From the NCBI GenBank assembly GCA_002633005.1, contig NMRA01000030.1:319980-383979 (forward strand): 64,000 nt of DNA, read 5' to 3'. A program made the translations under genes and the position numbers. Positions within the stretch are counted from its first letter, which is position 1, and every line of letters starts with the position of its first letter. The DNA comes from Phoronis australis. Taxonomy: Eukaryota > Animalia > Phoronida. The notes under the pieces were generated by a model that was not told where the DNA came from, searched no databases, and saw only the letters and a list, made by a program, of their open reading frames with translations. This document shows, piece after piece, positions 38,752-53,200 of the stretch.

Positions 38752-39567
38752 AGTAGTCCGAAGGTGCATTAGTGTGAAGGTGCACCAGTTCGAAAATATA
38801 TAAGATTTCGGACTCTGGTGCATTTTCCTCTTTTTTCTACATGGCTTTTGCAATAATGTGTGATACTTCGGTTGTTAAGACACGGAGGCGCAGGCCTACT
38901 TACCGAAAACAACCGCCCACCAGGTACTAAATAAACTTTGTTCGGGTTTCCTTCGAGTGCAAAGGTTTCAAACCTTGCCTTGAGTTTATAGTTACAGCCT
39001 AATATTTTAAAAACCCAATATTCCGACAATCCATTGTTCCGACGACCAACAGCTCATTGTTGCTAATATTCCAACATCTCACTGTGTTGACAATTAACCA
39101 TTGTTCCAACAGCCCAATGTTCCCACAATTTACTCATTGTTAAAATAGCTCAATGATTCTGACAAATTACCAAATATGCCAGCAGTCCATTGTCAAGACA
39201 GCTCAATAAACCCACAGTTTACCCATAATTTAGACAACAACTCCTCTCTGAAATTTGTGGAATGTTATACGTTGCATGGGTAAAGTGTTCATTCATATAA
39301 GAGTTCGATTTCTAAGAGACGCGCGACAGAAGCCGATCGATTGATGTGGTCACATATCTGACTTTAATCGTTTCTCATCTTTGCGAAAGTTCAACCGTTG
39401 GGCTTCACACTACACTGAGAGAGGAAGACAGTGCAATTCAAGAGCAGCGCTGCACATGTTACAATGTACCACTGAGTTTCAGAGAATGCTGACAAAAACT
39501 GCATTTTAATGATTTATGGCTCAGTTCCGTCTTGTAGATCTTCGGACTAGTGCACCTTCGGACTACT
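38752..39567. mobile_element. MITE with agtagtccgaaggtgca TIR and internal ccattgttccgac subrepeats (copy A from about 32576 lacks the right end)
   Basis: agtagtccgaaggtgcattagt at 38752 is the near-perfect reverse complement of actagtgcaccttcggactact ending at about 39567. Confidence 0.6.
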
Positions 39568-41041
39568 AAGTGGATATATGGACTAGAGATTGTCCACTGT
39601 CTCTAGCTGGCCCCAGTAGCAACGGTGAAGCTCCTATAGGAACTCCATACTAGGCCAGAAAGCTTCTCGGCGAGTTATGCCTCACACTGATTAAAACATC
39701 AAAGTGAGGTTGTTATAAGTACTTTTTGCACATAGAAGGACACCTTAGGAGGCCGTCAATTTCCTTCCAACTTGAACAAACGCTCTCACAATCAAAATTT
39801 TTCTTTGAGCAGTCCTTTGTTCAGTTGCACAAATCTGCAACTGGCCATTTTAACAATACGAGCGCTCCCAACAGGCACAATAACAATAGGATCACGCACA
39901 GTGTAAAAATGGCCAGTTGCTGATTTGGGCAAGTGAACAAAGAACTTGCTCAAAGAAAAAGTTTGATTATGGGAGTATTTGTTTGAGATGGAAGGAATTA
40001 AGACATCGACAGCCAGCTCTTAAGATGTCCCTCTATGCGTAAAAGGTCTTCTTCTATTTTTCCAAATACAACAAGCGATCGAAGTACCGATCCTTATATG
40101 TAGCGCACATTAGTTATAAATTTGAACTGTGCATAATTAACTGAAAATAATTACAACAAAACAAAGTGTGGGTTAGTACCAGGATAAAAACAAGTTTTAT
40201 TATTTACTGCATAAGGTTGATGTTTGAGATGTGACTAGTGAACATCTCTGTTGTGTCTAATGAGATGGCATAGTTGTGGGAGTCTTTGCAAAGTAAAACA
40301 ATAGATGGGAAGACGTTGTCACTTGTGTAGTATGGAGTACGAATGTATTTTCTCTCAAAGGTATGAGAGTGGGAATTACATGAACTAGAGATATGAAGGC
40401 GTGGAAGGTATGTGTGCAGAATGGCAACCACCCTCCTGTTCAGTAACGCTAGGACCTTGCTAAAAATCAAGACTTCGCGAGATTACGTGAGATATTGCCG
40501 TGCATTTTAAATGAGAACATGTGACTAGGTTTTAGCTAGGTCCTAGCATAGGTCCTAGCATCTACTGAACGCATGCCAGGTTGTGTACGGTTTTGTACAT
40601 GAGATACAGTTTGTTTTGAGCTGTATTTCTTGAAGAGTGGGCCATTTCAGGGTAGTGAGCATAGAGTTTAGACCCAAACAACAGCAGTAGGCCCTATTCG
40701 GAGTGATCATTGGACTTGTAACAACGTGACTTTGATGTTATAATCAATGTGAGGCAAAAAGATTTCGGCACATGAGGCACCTAAGGGAGCTTCACCGAGT
40801 CTACGGGAGCCAGCAAGACACTGTGATCACTGGTTACATTCGGACTAGTTAGCCGCTTCCGTTTTCATGCCCTATGTTTTGCTCAAATCTCCCGCCAAAT
40901 TTTGACACTGAGATGGTTATTTAAGTGTTTTCTGTTTATCACTGCAGAAGTCAAATGAATATCAGCTAAATGACAATTGGGACCCCAACTGTGTTGCATC
41001 TGAAAGTTCTGAAACTTGCAAAACGTGCAAATTCTACCCAC

Positions 41042-41065
41042 CTGAATAAAAATGAGCCTATTCAT
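41042..41065 (-). CDS. Duplicate copy of the first coding exon (MNRLIFIQ) of the SLX4IP-like gene
   Basis: Identical to 35587-35610, with donor CAG|gtgggt. Confidence 0.5.
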
Positions 41066-41232
41066 GTTATCATGCAAGTGCATTATGGGAAGAGTGTACT
41101 TCCTGACGTCACATGACAATATGGTGGCCTCCAGTGTTTTGAAGTTGTACTTTGCCTTTTCCCGCTATTGAAACTGCGTTTTATAGCGATTTCCGTGTTA
41201 CTGATTATCTTAATGACTGGAATATTTGAAAC

Positions 41233-44200
41233 ATGGCTAATGAAGATTCCATTGCACCGAAAACCTCTTTTCCTTTTGGAAGAGAGAATCAAACTTCTGT
41301 GGAAGAGTTATTCGTCTTTTTCAAGAACTGTTTGTCTGCTGGAAAATGGGAGTTGGCGAGGGCTTGCTTGAAAGAACTTGTCGACCAGAAAGACTTAGTT
41401 GGAGTGGATGTCCAAAATCTTTTGAAAAATTGTATAGACTATCCTGCAACATATTGGTAATTGTAGCAGAGGATTTTGTTGGCATAGTTTGAGCTTTGGT
41501 TGTATTGAAAACACACTGCCCATCTGGTGCCAGTGGTGGTTTCATGTAAACTTGGGTACTAGTACTAGTAGACAGTACCACCGTCTCAACTGGCATATAT
41601 CACTGGTTGGATATAGGGATCCTTGATCTTGAGAACCACTTTCATCCACTGAATAACAGGACCTCTATATCTGACCAGTGCCCTGGCCCAGTAGCATTAT
41701 GTCAAACACAAATTAAACCATCGAAGTCATGTTGATGTCTTTTTTAACTCTTCGCATTTCGAGCAAGTACTCAATCAAGTTGAAACCTTTCAAAACGGGC
41801 CTTCATTCAGTTGCCCAAACTGGCAACTGGAGATTTTTACATTGTTCGTGCTAGGGGATATAACATAATAAAGGCCTCTCTAAATCACTCAGTAATAGAC
41901 AATTACCATCGCTCTTATGGCCATTTAGTTTGGACCCGTGACTCGCATGATGTCACGCTTTGCTCGATACCAGCCATGGACAAGTGAATTTTCTACAGTT
42001 GGAAGCTCGACAATATAATGTGTATGTAAATATCATCTTTTTCAGTGAGGCATAGAATAAACTACTTGCAATATAATGTGGAAAAATTGGTTACCCAATG
42101 AAATGTAATGGGGTTTTCAAGATTCCTATGCCTGACCATTTACTCATCACAATGAGGGAGATAACTGTGGAATCATGTGCTGGAAACTGAGCCTAAATTG
42201 TCAATAACATTTGAGTGCTGTTAAGGTTTTACATTTAAAAAGATACTGTATCTGGTGTTGATCCATTAACAGATACCAAAAATGAGGTATGTGTTCATTT
42301 ATGTCTATAAAGCGAAATAGAGCTTTTTTCCTCTTGTCAATTCACACAAGTTTGGAACATGTTTGTGTTAGCACTTACTTCTAGTTGTCTGTGGTTTATT
42401 TTTTCAGTAAAGGTTCTTCTACAATCAGATCTCCACATCACTTGTCTTGGTTGTGTCTTCAGGAATGCGCAGCTTTGTTTAAGGTAATCTGTATATTCGA
42501 CTGAAAAATATCTCTTAGCTTTCTTGTTGAATTCATTCTTCCTGTTTGTTTGTATGTTTTAGTTATTGATATAGAGCTATAGAATGATTTTATTTCATTT
42601 TGCTTCTCATATATTTAGCAAATTTTATCCTTTTAACTGTGGACATTATAACACTACCTTGTGAATCAATTTGTTCCTTTCATAATTATGCTAAATCCTA
42701 TTTCCATCAACTTCAATTTTTCTCACTGCCGTTCTTTTAATCAACTCTTTGGGAAGTGTATTTACGTGCAAATACCTTCAGTTGGTATAATATGTAAATA
42801 TGGTAACATATGAAAATTGTGTTTATAGTGTGAATGGAATCGGATTGTTTATGTTGTCAAAAAGTATTGTTGTGTCAAATTTACTTTTATCATTGTTCAT
42901 TTCAATTTCAGCCAAGTGTAGAGCTGGACATCAAGAGGGAAGATGCTGAGTTGCGCCTGTTACTATTTGAAGCTGAGTCATTGTCTGATGGTGTTGTCAA
43001 GGTACCTTTGTTAACTCTACTTTTGTCAGTGGATATCACGGGTCTTGATAACCTTTAAACTATGCCGTTATCATTCATATCCATTTGAGGCTTAGGCATA
43101 AATTAAAATTAAAATTAAAATAAATTTTCCCCTTGCACAACTTTGTGTAAAATATAATACTTTCCACAGAGAAAGTATCACATCAGTTTCAAATGGAGAT
43201 TTGACTGGTGAGACGATGGCTATTTTGCAACCATCCTTCCCATATTGCAGCAGTGATGGTCGGGCAATGGGAAAACGAACAATATTTTAAGGTCCACTGT
43301 ATTTGATAAGTTTTAGACTGCATTAATTTAAAGTCATTAATTAATTTTAATTGAGTGTAATGATTAGATTCTAAAATTTGTAGGTGATCTGTTGTGTAGC
43401 AATACTGTGTAATGAATTGTTCCCTTTAAAAAATATTGTGTGCTGATGTGGCTTGAAGAATGTCTCACCATTTAGTAAGCGTCTTCTTCCTTTGTCACTC
43501 CTGCCCTTCCCTAGCAGTGCCGCTGTTCGCCCCTCCCCATTCCGTCTTACCCTCCTTCTCATTGCCACTGTTTGCCCCTCCTCCCCATTCCGTCTTACTC
43601 TCCTTCTCAGTGGCACTGTTTGTCCCTCCTCCCCACTCCGTCTTACTCTCCTTCTCAGTGGCACTGTTTGCCTCTCCTTCCCACTCCGTCTTACCCTCCT
43701 TGTCATTGCCACTGTTTGCNNNNNNNNNNNNNNNNNNNNNNNNNNNNNNNNNNNNNNNNNNNNNNNNNNNNNNNNNNNNNNNNNNNNNNNNNNNNNNNNN
43801 NNNNNNNNCTCATTGCCACTGTTTGCCCCTCCTCCCCATTCCGTCTTACCCTCCTTCTCAGTGCCACTGTTTGCCCCTCCTCCCATTCCGTCTTACTCTC
43901 CTTCTCAGTGCCACTGTTTGCCCCTACCCATTCCTTCTTACCCTCCACAACACCACCCTCTGTCAATCCCATTCTTTATTTCTTCCAGATCCTTTCTTCC
44001 ATCAGGTAAATTAAGATAACTCAAAGAGATATTTGCAGCCAGTAGTAAATGCAAATAAATCTGTATTTCTAGTGTATGCAACCCTTCATTTGTTGATTTC
44101 AGGAACTATATCGATATTACAAGTCAACTGATGTTGTAAAGGACAGCCTATCCAAGCGCAGCTTAGATTCTTTGTCCCGCCTTTTGACCAAAGACCCCTT

Positions 44201-47200
44201 TCTTGCTCACAGCATTGTGCAGACTGTCTGCAGAGCTAACAATGGTGATTCTAAGGAAATTATGCAGCTGTTGTTTATACAGAGCCTTGAGCTTGCTGTA
44301 AATCAACTAAAGACACAAGTATTCGCAGACTCCTTCGTCACAACAGTCACTGATGTGGAGTCAGTGACTGCTCTCAACGTTTCATCACAATGGGTATTGC
44401 AGCTGCTCTCTATGTTGGATCCATCGTGCGATATGGCTAACATCCAAAAGACATTAGCTGTTGTCTTCAAGGAGATAATATTCCTGACAAGAGTTGAGAT
44501 CAATGGGCATCCTGTGTTGGAACGCAGTGCCATCTACTCGGCTCTGCTCGGTCGAACTACAACGTTCCTAATTGATGAGTTCTGCCAAGTGGAGTACATC
44601 TTAGATCAGAACTCTTTACAAACTGGTGCAGTGTTGGATGAGTTTGAAGAGAAGACCCTTGTGGCTGCCATATGTTCTGATCGCCTGCTGGCATGGCATA
44701 AAATGTACCTTTTGTGTCAGAAATACAGAAAACACTTCCTGGAATGTCTCGTGGTAATCTCTTTGGTCACTGTTTTATAGCCTAGAGTGTTTGTAGAAAG
44801 TGATAGTGCTTGTCAAGGGTGATAGTGCTTGTCAAGGGTGATAGTGCTTGTCAAGGCTGATGGTTCCTGTCAAGTGTGATTGTGCTTGTCAAGGGTGATT
44901 ATTATGTAAAAATGTTTTGAAACAAAAAGTCAAAATCAGCTGCATTAGTCGGTTGAGGTGCACTGATAGTCCCACTACATTGTGACTAAGTTCTTCATGA
45001 GCCCTACACCAGAAACAGTTGCACCCAAGTTTGTCTTTATATCCTGTGGCATCATGCTTTGCTCACAGCGTTTGATGGCTTAAATTGAATATGCACCAAT
45101 TTGTGTGTCTCGTTCATTTTATTCCCGCCCTGAACAAGACAGCAACTAGAAGGGTTAACTTGCCTACTTTCTCAACTCAACTCTTCTGACATGTGAAATA
45201 CTTACAAAGCAAGGCTCCACACATACGTCCCAACATAATAGTAATGCTAGTTATGTTACCTGGGATGTGTGTGCACCATTTGCTTTAAGTGGACCTGGTG
45301 TAAACATGAATATAAGGAACATTAAGGCTTTCATTGTCTTTTACATGTTATGTGTTAGAAACCTTTTTCAAAATCTTGTATGTCGTTAATGAGATGGGCT
45401 TTGAGATATGGTGTGTGCCTTGTAGGAAACAGCTGTCTCTCTCATCAAAATGAAAGACTTTGAAAGACTAGAACAGTTGGTGAGTCCAGTTGAGTTCAGT
45501 CCGTTGAAGCCTTTGGTACTCCTTCTTGGTTGGAATCACTGTTACAGTTGTGCAAACGCTCGACGGCTTCTCGATATCCTTTGGAACAAAACAGTACGTA
45601 TTGCAACCAAAAGCAAAGAAAGTTGTGGAAGTCAATTTCCTTGAAACAGTCTTTCAGTTTAAATGTTAAGAATTGAAATATTAAATAGAAGTATTTTTTC
45701 TAAAGATATGTGTGATATTTGTTAGTCATGTGTATATATTAGGATTCAATTTTTTAAAGTGTCTGAACACTGTTTACCATGTTTTGAAATGTAAACAAAT
45801 TGTCACCATCCTTTTAACAGGGTTTCAAAATTTTTCTTTGAAAGCGCTTTTTATTGGAATTGCCAAATTCTAACAGATCATGAATAAGTAAAATAGATGT
45901 TGACAACTCGACTGGGGCTAATTACTACGTTATAAAGACAGTGATTCTTTGTATCATAATTAAATATATCATTTGGTGTGATCTACTGGTCTTCACTGGT
46001 GAATCGACTCTGGTGAAACATTAATGATTGATGGAGTAGTTAGGACAAAAGTGATAATTTGCACTGACTCGTACAATGCAGACAGTAGATAGAGTAAAGT
46101 GAGATGTAGACTGTTCATACTTTATTGTCTTTATAAAGTTATTATCAATATTATTCTATAGATTTGACACCAAAGATGCATTTAGTTATTTATGGAGTTA
46201 CTTCACACACTTTATTCAAGTAATGACATAAACAAACATGAGATTGATTGTCCTGAACTAACTATGGATTCTTTCCTGTCATTCATTCAGCAGCACGTCC
46301 AGGCAGTAATGACATATTCATGATCTCGATCTGTTTTGTAGGTAAAGAAGAAAGATAAGCTTCTGGAGCAGGCGTGTCAGAGACTTGCTTACCAAGTAGA
46401 CTTGGTTCAGTGGTGCTTGGATAAAGCTAGGTTTGTTAAGAATCATATTTTGTTTTGAAAAAGAAACTTGTTTTGTTGAAAATCTGACACAGTGTAGTAC
46501 AATCTTAAGTTCATTGTGTTCCAGCTGATGGAGTAATGTGTTGTGTTCTGGTTTTAATCCACTGAGCAACTGTCTTTGATCACGTAAGTTTACCGTTGCT
46601 CTGTAAGCTTGAAAAAGGGAAACTGGTGATTAAAGGTATATCAAACTTGTCAATAATGTTGAACAAGCTTGTTGGACCAGTCACCTTCTTATTACATTAA
46701 ATGACAAGGTTGAAAACACCACCTGCAGGTAATCGATGCTGGGAAAACTTGAATAAGATTTCAAGTTGACTAACAAATTTCATCACCAACCAAACCTGGT
46801 TTTCCCAATATTGATGAATCTATGCGCATCACATGTCCTATTCACATGTGATAAATAAATGCACTCACGTACACTAAAGACCTCTGCCTCATTGCTTTCA
46901 AAATTACATAAACTAAACTTTAGAACCTTGAATAAGGTTGGTAAAATTTGAATATTTGCAATGCTTCAATAATAGTGGCCAAGCATTAGTAATATTAACC
47001 AAGCTTGGGTAATATTAGCCAATTATGATTAGCCAAGCTTGTCTGAGTAATATTATCCATGATTGGGTAATATTATCCAAACTTGATATAAGATAAAGTT
47101 GCTTAGTTTTTAGCTACATTAATCTGGTTGCATACTTCTTAGCTAGATTTATCTTGCTATTAAAGCTTATTGAAATTCGATGTATTTTGTGTTGTATAGC

Positions 47201-50200
47201 TTATCAGTTCTTGGTGAAGTCTTCCTTCTTTATAAAGACTCCCCAGGAAAACTTATTAAGTATATTCTGGTACTAAAATGTCATTGCATATAATATGCAA
47301 AACCTCTTGAAAGGGACATTTTTGGTAACATGGAATTACACAATGTCCTTATTTCTCTCCCACAGACCTCTTCTGCTTGCATCTGGTGCTCCGGTCACAT
47401 TACACCAGAGAGCTAGTGCCATGTTTCATGGCCTAGAGACACATTCTGTTCTCTATGTACTTCATCAGTCAACTCAGTTGTCTGCTTTAGAGTCAAGTGA
47501 AGTCTACGAAATACTCAACAAATGTCCAGTTATGTCAGAAACAGGTGAGTTTACACATTGTTTTCAACTATCTCTTCTCCAAAACGTTGAAACTACTATA
47601 AACCTGTCTTTTGTAACTTTTCATACCGCTGCTTGTGTCAGTCTGTTGCTTATTCTGATGAGAGGAATATCTGGGGTTTGGAAGAACCGGGCTCAATAGT
47701 TTTTGCTTGTCTTCGCGGCTCATTTAATTTGCTGAGCTCTTAAGCACTACCAAACTGGCACTTCTTACCAGCGCCCAGAATGCACTTCTTACCTGCGCCC
47801 AGAATGCACTTCTTACCTGCTCCCAGAATGCACTTCTTACCTGTACCCAGAATGCACTTCTTACCTGTACCCAGAATGCACTTCTTACCTGTACCCAGAA
47901 TGCACTTCTTACCTGCGCCCAGAATGCACTTCTTACCTGTACCCAGAATGCACTTCTTANNNNNNNNNNNNNNNNNNNNNNNNNNNNNNNNNNNNNNNNN
48001 NNNNNNNNNNNNNNNNNNNNNNNNNNNNNNNNNNNNNNNCCCAGAATGCACTTCTTACCTGCACCCAGAATGCACTTCTTACCTGCTCCCAGAATGCACT
48101 TCTTACCTGTACCCAGAATGCACTTCTTACCTGTACCCAGAATGCACGTCTTACCTGCGCCCAGAATTCACTTCTTACCTGTAGCCAGAATGCACTTCTT
48201 ACCTGCGCCCAGAATGCACTTGTTACCTGAATAAGGTAAAACTTGCGACCATTTCTAGCAGTAAGTGGTTTAAATCATAAGTTAATTTATTTGACAGAAT
48301 ACTGTAGTTACGCTGTATTTTGCCGCTTTTGGTGGACTGTTAGTGTTTCGTGAAAAATCCTGGTTGGCATGTCTTACTCTTTAAGTCTGTTTCTTGTTTC
48401 AGAAAATGAAGCTCGGAAAGTGCATTTTGAAGATAAATCTCCTTCGGAGTTGCACCAGAAAAGCAGTTCTCTGTTAGATGTTGAGAAAGAACGTGACATT
48501 GCTATCTATCGGAGTTACTGTATTCTTAATCATTTCATGGCAGCTCTGGCGTTTTGCGTGGACCTCTCCAATCCTGAACTTCAACTTGAGTCACAGTTGA
48601 GCAGACGTTCGTCTTCCAATGAGTGCTCAGGTGGAGACACCTATCAAGAAATCAAATCTGTCGGGTGCAAAACGGCCAATGCTCAAGTCTTGCAAAACAT
48701 GAGTAAAGATGACTTCCAGGAGAAATACAATTCAAGAGTTGTTGAAAACTTACAGAGAGGTCGAGAAGAGCTGCGTAAAATGTTTCCACTCACATACAGA
48801 GTGGAGATTCTTGAAAATATTTTCTCACTGTTGTTTGTTACTCATGAAAACTTGCAGGAAATGACTGTAGCCAATGAGGACAGTGGGGAGGAAGGGCCAG
48901 CAGACGAGACCCAGAGTCTTTCATTTTGTCCATCCGAGGACAAAGGTCACAGTTCAGATGGGGGCGACAATTCAGAGTTGCAAATGACTGGTGCTAACCC
49001 TCAAGATTCTAAGGAACTCTGTCGTGAAAATTTTACTATAAGTAAAACGGTGCTCAACGATATTCCTTCAGACACTAAGAGGCATGTTTCAGAAAGTGGA
49101 GCTAGCTTCAAAAGTTATTCCAGTTGGTCAAGTTTATACCAGCTGGGATTTGTTGTTAATGATTCTGTGATGAGAGACATTCTGTTCACACTTAAGGAAT
49201 GCATTGATGATGTGAACGCAGCAAAATTTCGACTGCAAGGACAGGATGTTAGCGTTGACCCTGCTCTTGTCAAACATGCTGACAATGAGCCATTGTTGTC
49301 TGCTGTGCAGGAACAGGAGTTGTCTGCCCATGTCAAGTCGTCTGTCAATAATTGCACTTTGCAACAGAGGATCACTCGTCTCAAACAGTATGTGAGTGAG
49401 GCATCATGGCGCTTCCAGCTGGTATCACGTGATCACATTCCCAGGCAGTATGGTATTGTCGCAAATGAAGTGATCTCAAGAGAGGATGACCAGTTTTCAG
49501 ATGATGATCTTGGTATGCTTATGAAACTATCTGTAATCATAAGATTGCCTAAATTCTAGGCAAAACATTACGGTACAAATCTTAGTGAGTGATAACAAAA
49601 TAAGCACATCATTAGCTCCACTACTTATTTCTAACACTAATCAGGCTAAATTCGTTTTTCAGTCCAGACATTTGTGCTTTATAATATTCAGTTCGCGCTC
49701 AAATGCTCTCAGTTAGCTGAAGTGGAAAGGTCATCCTAGTGCATATGACATCATGAACAGTATGTTGGCAGTGAATGATCTCCTCTGCTTCCTTGTAACA
49801 TCATTGCGGTCGGTAATTATTCCAAGTTTCTTCAATTGTTTTTTCTCAACAGACGGAAGCTATAATGGTCGATTAAATGCAAGCGTAAGCTTAGCAATTA
49901 ATATCTTTTATATGCGCTAACTGCGAAGCAATACCGAAGCTAGTTTACAGTGAAACAAAATTATGTTTTCTTCCAAGGATACTTGCAATATTTTGTGCAC
50001 ATCTGATGCAAGCCCAAGTTCTGTCAGTAATGTTGACACCAGACACTAGAGGGACCTGTTGGCTTAGAACATTGTTACCTCATACATCAACCTATCTATA
50101 TTTTCTCCAGTTCTCTGTCGTTCACTTTGTTGTCATAACTTTCATACTGTTCTCTAGAGTTCCGTGTATTCATTGTTGTCTAATGATCAACTGATAAACA

Positions 50201-53200
50201 CAGTTTATGTTGTTATGCGTTATGTAGGGAGAATTAAGACTGATGACATAAAAGGCTATTCAGCTATGTGCAAACAAGTCTGGCATTACTGAAGTACACA
50301 TTATGATTGATGTCTATTCAGTTACTTAATCTCAAAACACCAAACACTCCGGGATTTGTACTTTTTATCTCAGATAAATACCTTGATTTCTTTTGCAGGT
50401 CTCTTGACTTGAAATAATTGAATGTCAGTGCAATAAACATTGTGCTTTAGAAGTTATTGTCTGTGGTGATACATGATGAAAATTTATTAAGTATTTTTGA
50501 CAAAAAAATCAGCAAAGACAATGAGAACAAAAACACATCAGGGCCCAGTTGCGTAAAAGTTACACGCCGTATAGCAACAATGATGTCGCATTATTACATG
50601 CCACACTGTTATTGTTGAACAATGCTCCTGACGTCATGCAACAATCAAACTTATCCAGCAGATAACTGAAGTTTTATGCAACCCAGCCCAGGTGATTATC
50701 TGTAGCAACGTAAAGAAATTCAGTGACAAAGTTTTGCTGTGAAATTTTTGATAGTTTCTGGTGTTTTTTCTTCAAAACTTGTATCTTGTCAAATTTTCAT
50801 TCATTAATTTCTTATATATGTACGTATGTCATGATATAATTTTTCTCTGCCGCCAGATGTGCTCATCCTAGACGATGACTCTGATTCACCATGTAGCAGT
50901 CAAGTGTCTAGCAGAAGAACCAGTCCTCTGTCTCTCACCAGTAGGTTGTTCGGAGTGAAACGAATGGTTTTGTTTAAAAATCTTTTATGCCCCTACATTT
51001 TCTTATCTTGTTGCATGTCACTGTCATCTCTGTGTCTTAGTAGGTATCTTTCCTCCACCTCTATTCTCTGTAAAGTGTCTTAAACAGGCCAGTCAAACGT
51101 TATGAATGTAGCAGTCATGAAGTAATTCCTTCACTTATAAACACGGCTCACATGCCTGATCGACTCAGTTCACTGACTCCTTCAGACGCCTTTGTTAAGA
51201 CTTCTGATACCTCCCTAATCAAGTGTGTGTATTTGCTTATCGAAAAAGAGAACTTTCAATGATGTTTACTGCTTGAGCAGATGTGCCTGAGTGTGTAAAT
51301 TGGTTGTTAATGTACTGTGCACCAGAGGCCTTTGATGCAAGTAAACATATGGAAATAAGGTGACTCAACGACCACCAAGCCTGGCTTAACAAGTGCCAAA
51401 CTCAGTTCTATACTCACGACCTGTTTCTGAGTGATATTCGTGAATCTGGTCAGAAGTTTTTGTAGTACATAAGCCATGTTTTGTCCAGCACTATGCTGGG
51501 CGGTCATTAAGCCGTGAATTTACCACACGTTTGAGCCTAGCCAGCCACCTTGCTGTATGAAGACTTATAGTTGATTCCCCGATTTTGCATGTACCCAAGC
51601 CAGTCGTTAGGTATACTTCGTGTTGATACGGTCACATGCAGAACTACGCTTACTATTCCAAGTCACAAAACTTTGAAGAAACACTAGCCTTTACACAGAC
51701 TGTTTATTTCTCATTTTTGCAATTTCAGTTTTACAACTTGACTGTTTTATTTGATTGTAACATTTTTCATGTATTCCGTAATGCTTTGATTACATTCATA
51801 ACTGTTCATCTACTTTTGTGCTCTTCATATACGCCAAGAAAATATTCAGAAGAAAATATTGACTAATGAATTTTTTACCACACTGGAAACATTTAGTAAT
51901 GATCCCTTTTAATATGAATTTTATCATATGAGGCTCTTGAGCAAGGCATTTTAACCGCTTTACATTATGTCATATTTTAATTGTAAAGTTTTTGTTAATC
52001 TTTTTATGTTATTGTGACTTGCTCATTGAGGAGGTTTTGCAATACATGGATAGATAAAATACCGGTAATATATAACACTACATGGTCAGGCTGCTATTTC
52101 TCCTATCTGGACCCAGAGTGAAATTCCTCAAAATCCCACTGGAGGGTCTAGATACGGGAAATAACTCCTGAGGGCCTGTAATGATCTATTTATACCCCAC
52201 CCATTTTGAGCATGGAAATATAACTTTGCCTTTGTTTGATGTCGATCATTCCTATACAGTGTAGTGGATCAAACCACATTACATGAACGTCTTGTATAGA
52301 ACATTGTAGCATATCCGTCACATTTTCCTGCCATAGTGTCACCTCTCATGTTAAATTGGTTATTACCTGGTAGATATTTACCCTTCGGGCTTGTATTAGG
52401 AGATAATTGAAATAACATTTCAGGCCACAGTGCATGTGTTATCATTTCAGGTGTGAGAGATAAAATAAATGACAGTCCTTTGTCTGGCAAGGACAGCGAG
52501 GCGCTGACTGATTCTGGAAGTGGTCCTTCAAAAAGGAAGAAGAAGCGTCGATCACGTAGTGCTACCAGACACCGGCGGAGCACTAGCATCAGCGCCCGTA
52601 ATACAAATAGTATTGTATCGCGAATGTTGGCCTCCCATGAGTCTCTGCTGAGTATGTGCCTGAAGCGACGGAACATGACGCAAGCTAGTCAAGTTGTAAA
52701 GGTGCTTGGATGATAGCTGTGGTTGAGTCAAGTCAGACTGGATATTTGTTCAATTTCATGTTTGTTTCACAACTGCTTGATACCAAGTGGTGCAGTGCAA
52801 GCTGAGTGCTTGCAGTTAATCCCAGCTTTACTGTGCTGTTGCATGCATTTTCATGTCATTTATTTTGGACCTAATATTTTTGTTTACAACTTGAAGGATG
52901 ATTTTTAAAAATTATTTTTAATTCTGGATTTGAAAGCACAACACTTCAGAGTCAGTCCAGCTCTTGCACAGACAGATGGTTCTTTTTACTACTGGTATTA
53001 GACCTTGAGCAGAGATTGTGAGACATTCAGCTCGCCTGTCTATGACAGATTTTATTATCCTTGAATTTTGTACAGTAAAACTGTTAGACATAACTATAGG
53101 CACTTTGTGATTTTCCGTTTTTCTTTTGTTTTTTTCTGCATATTTACTGGAAGCCTCTCATGAACAGTTTCATCATACCCATTTTGATGACCACATTTTA

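Larger units (their letters stand above)
31620..43143 (+). repeat. Direct duplication: copy A 31620-37706, copy B 37796-43143; probable uncollapsed haplotypes
   Basis: The sequence restarts at 37796, right after a single N at 37795. The first ~1.6 kb look identical by eye; the remainder differs by scattered SNPs and indels. Confidence 0.92.

Noticed and set aside
43371-44019. Several 145-188 aa ORFs
   Set aside because: Products of the 48-bp minisatellite plus an N run
46291-46341. Upstream cagcag acceptor for ZFYVE26 exon 6
   Set aside because: It leads to an in-frame TGA; the acceptor ending at 46341 gives an open, homologous frame
47740-48234. ORFs with MHFLPAPR / KKCILGAG repeats
   Set aside because: Translations of a 24-bp intronic minisatellite that spans a gap
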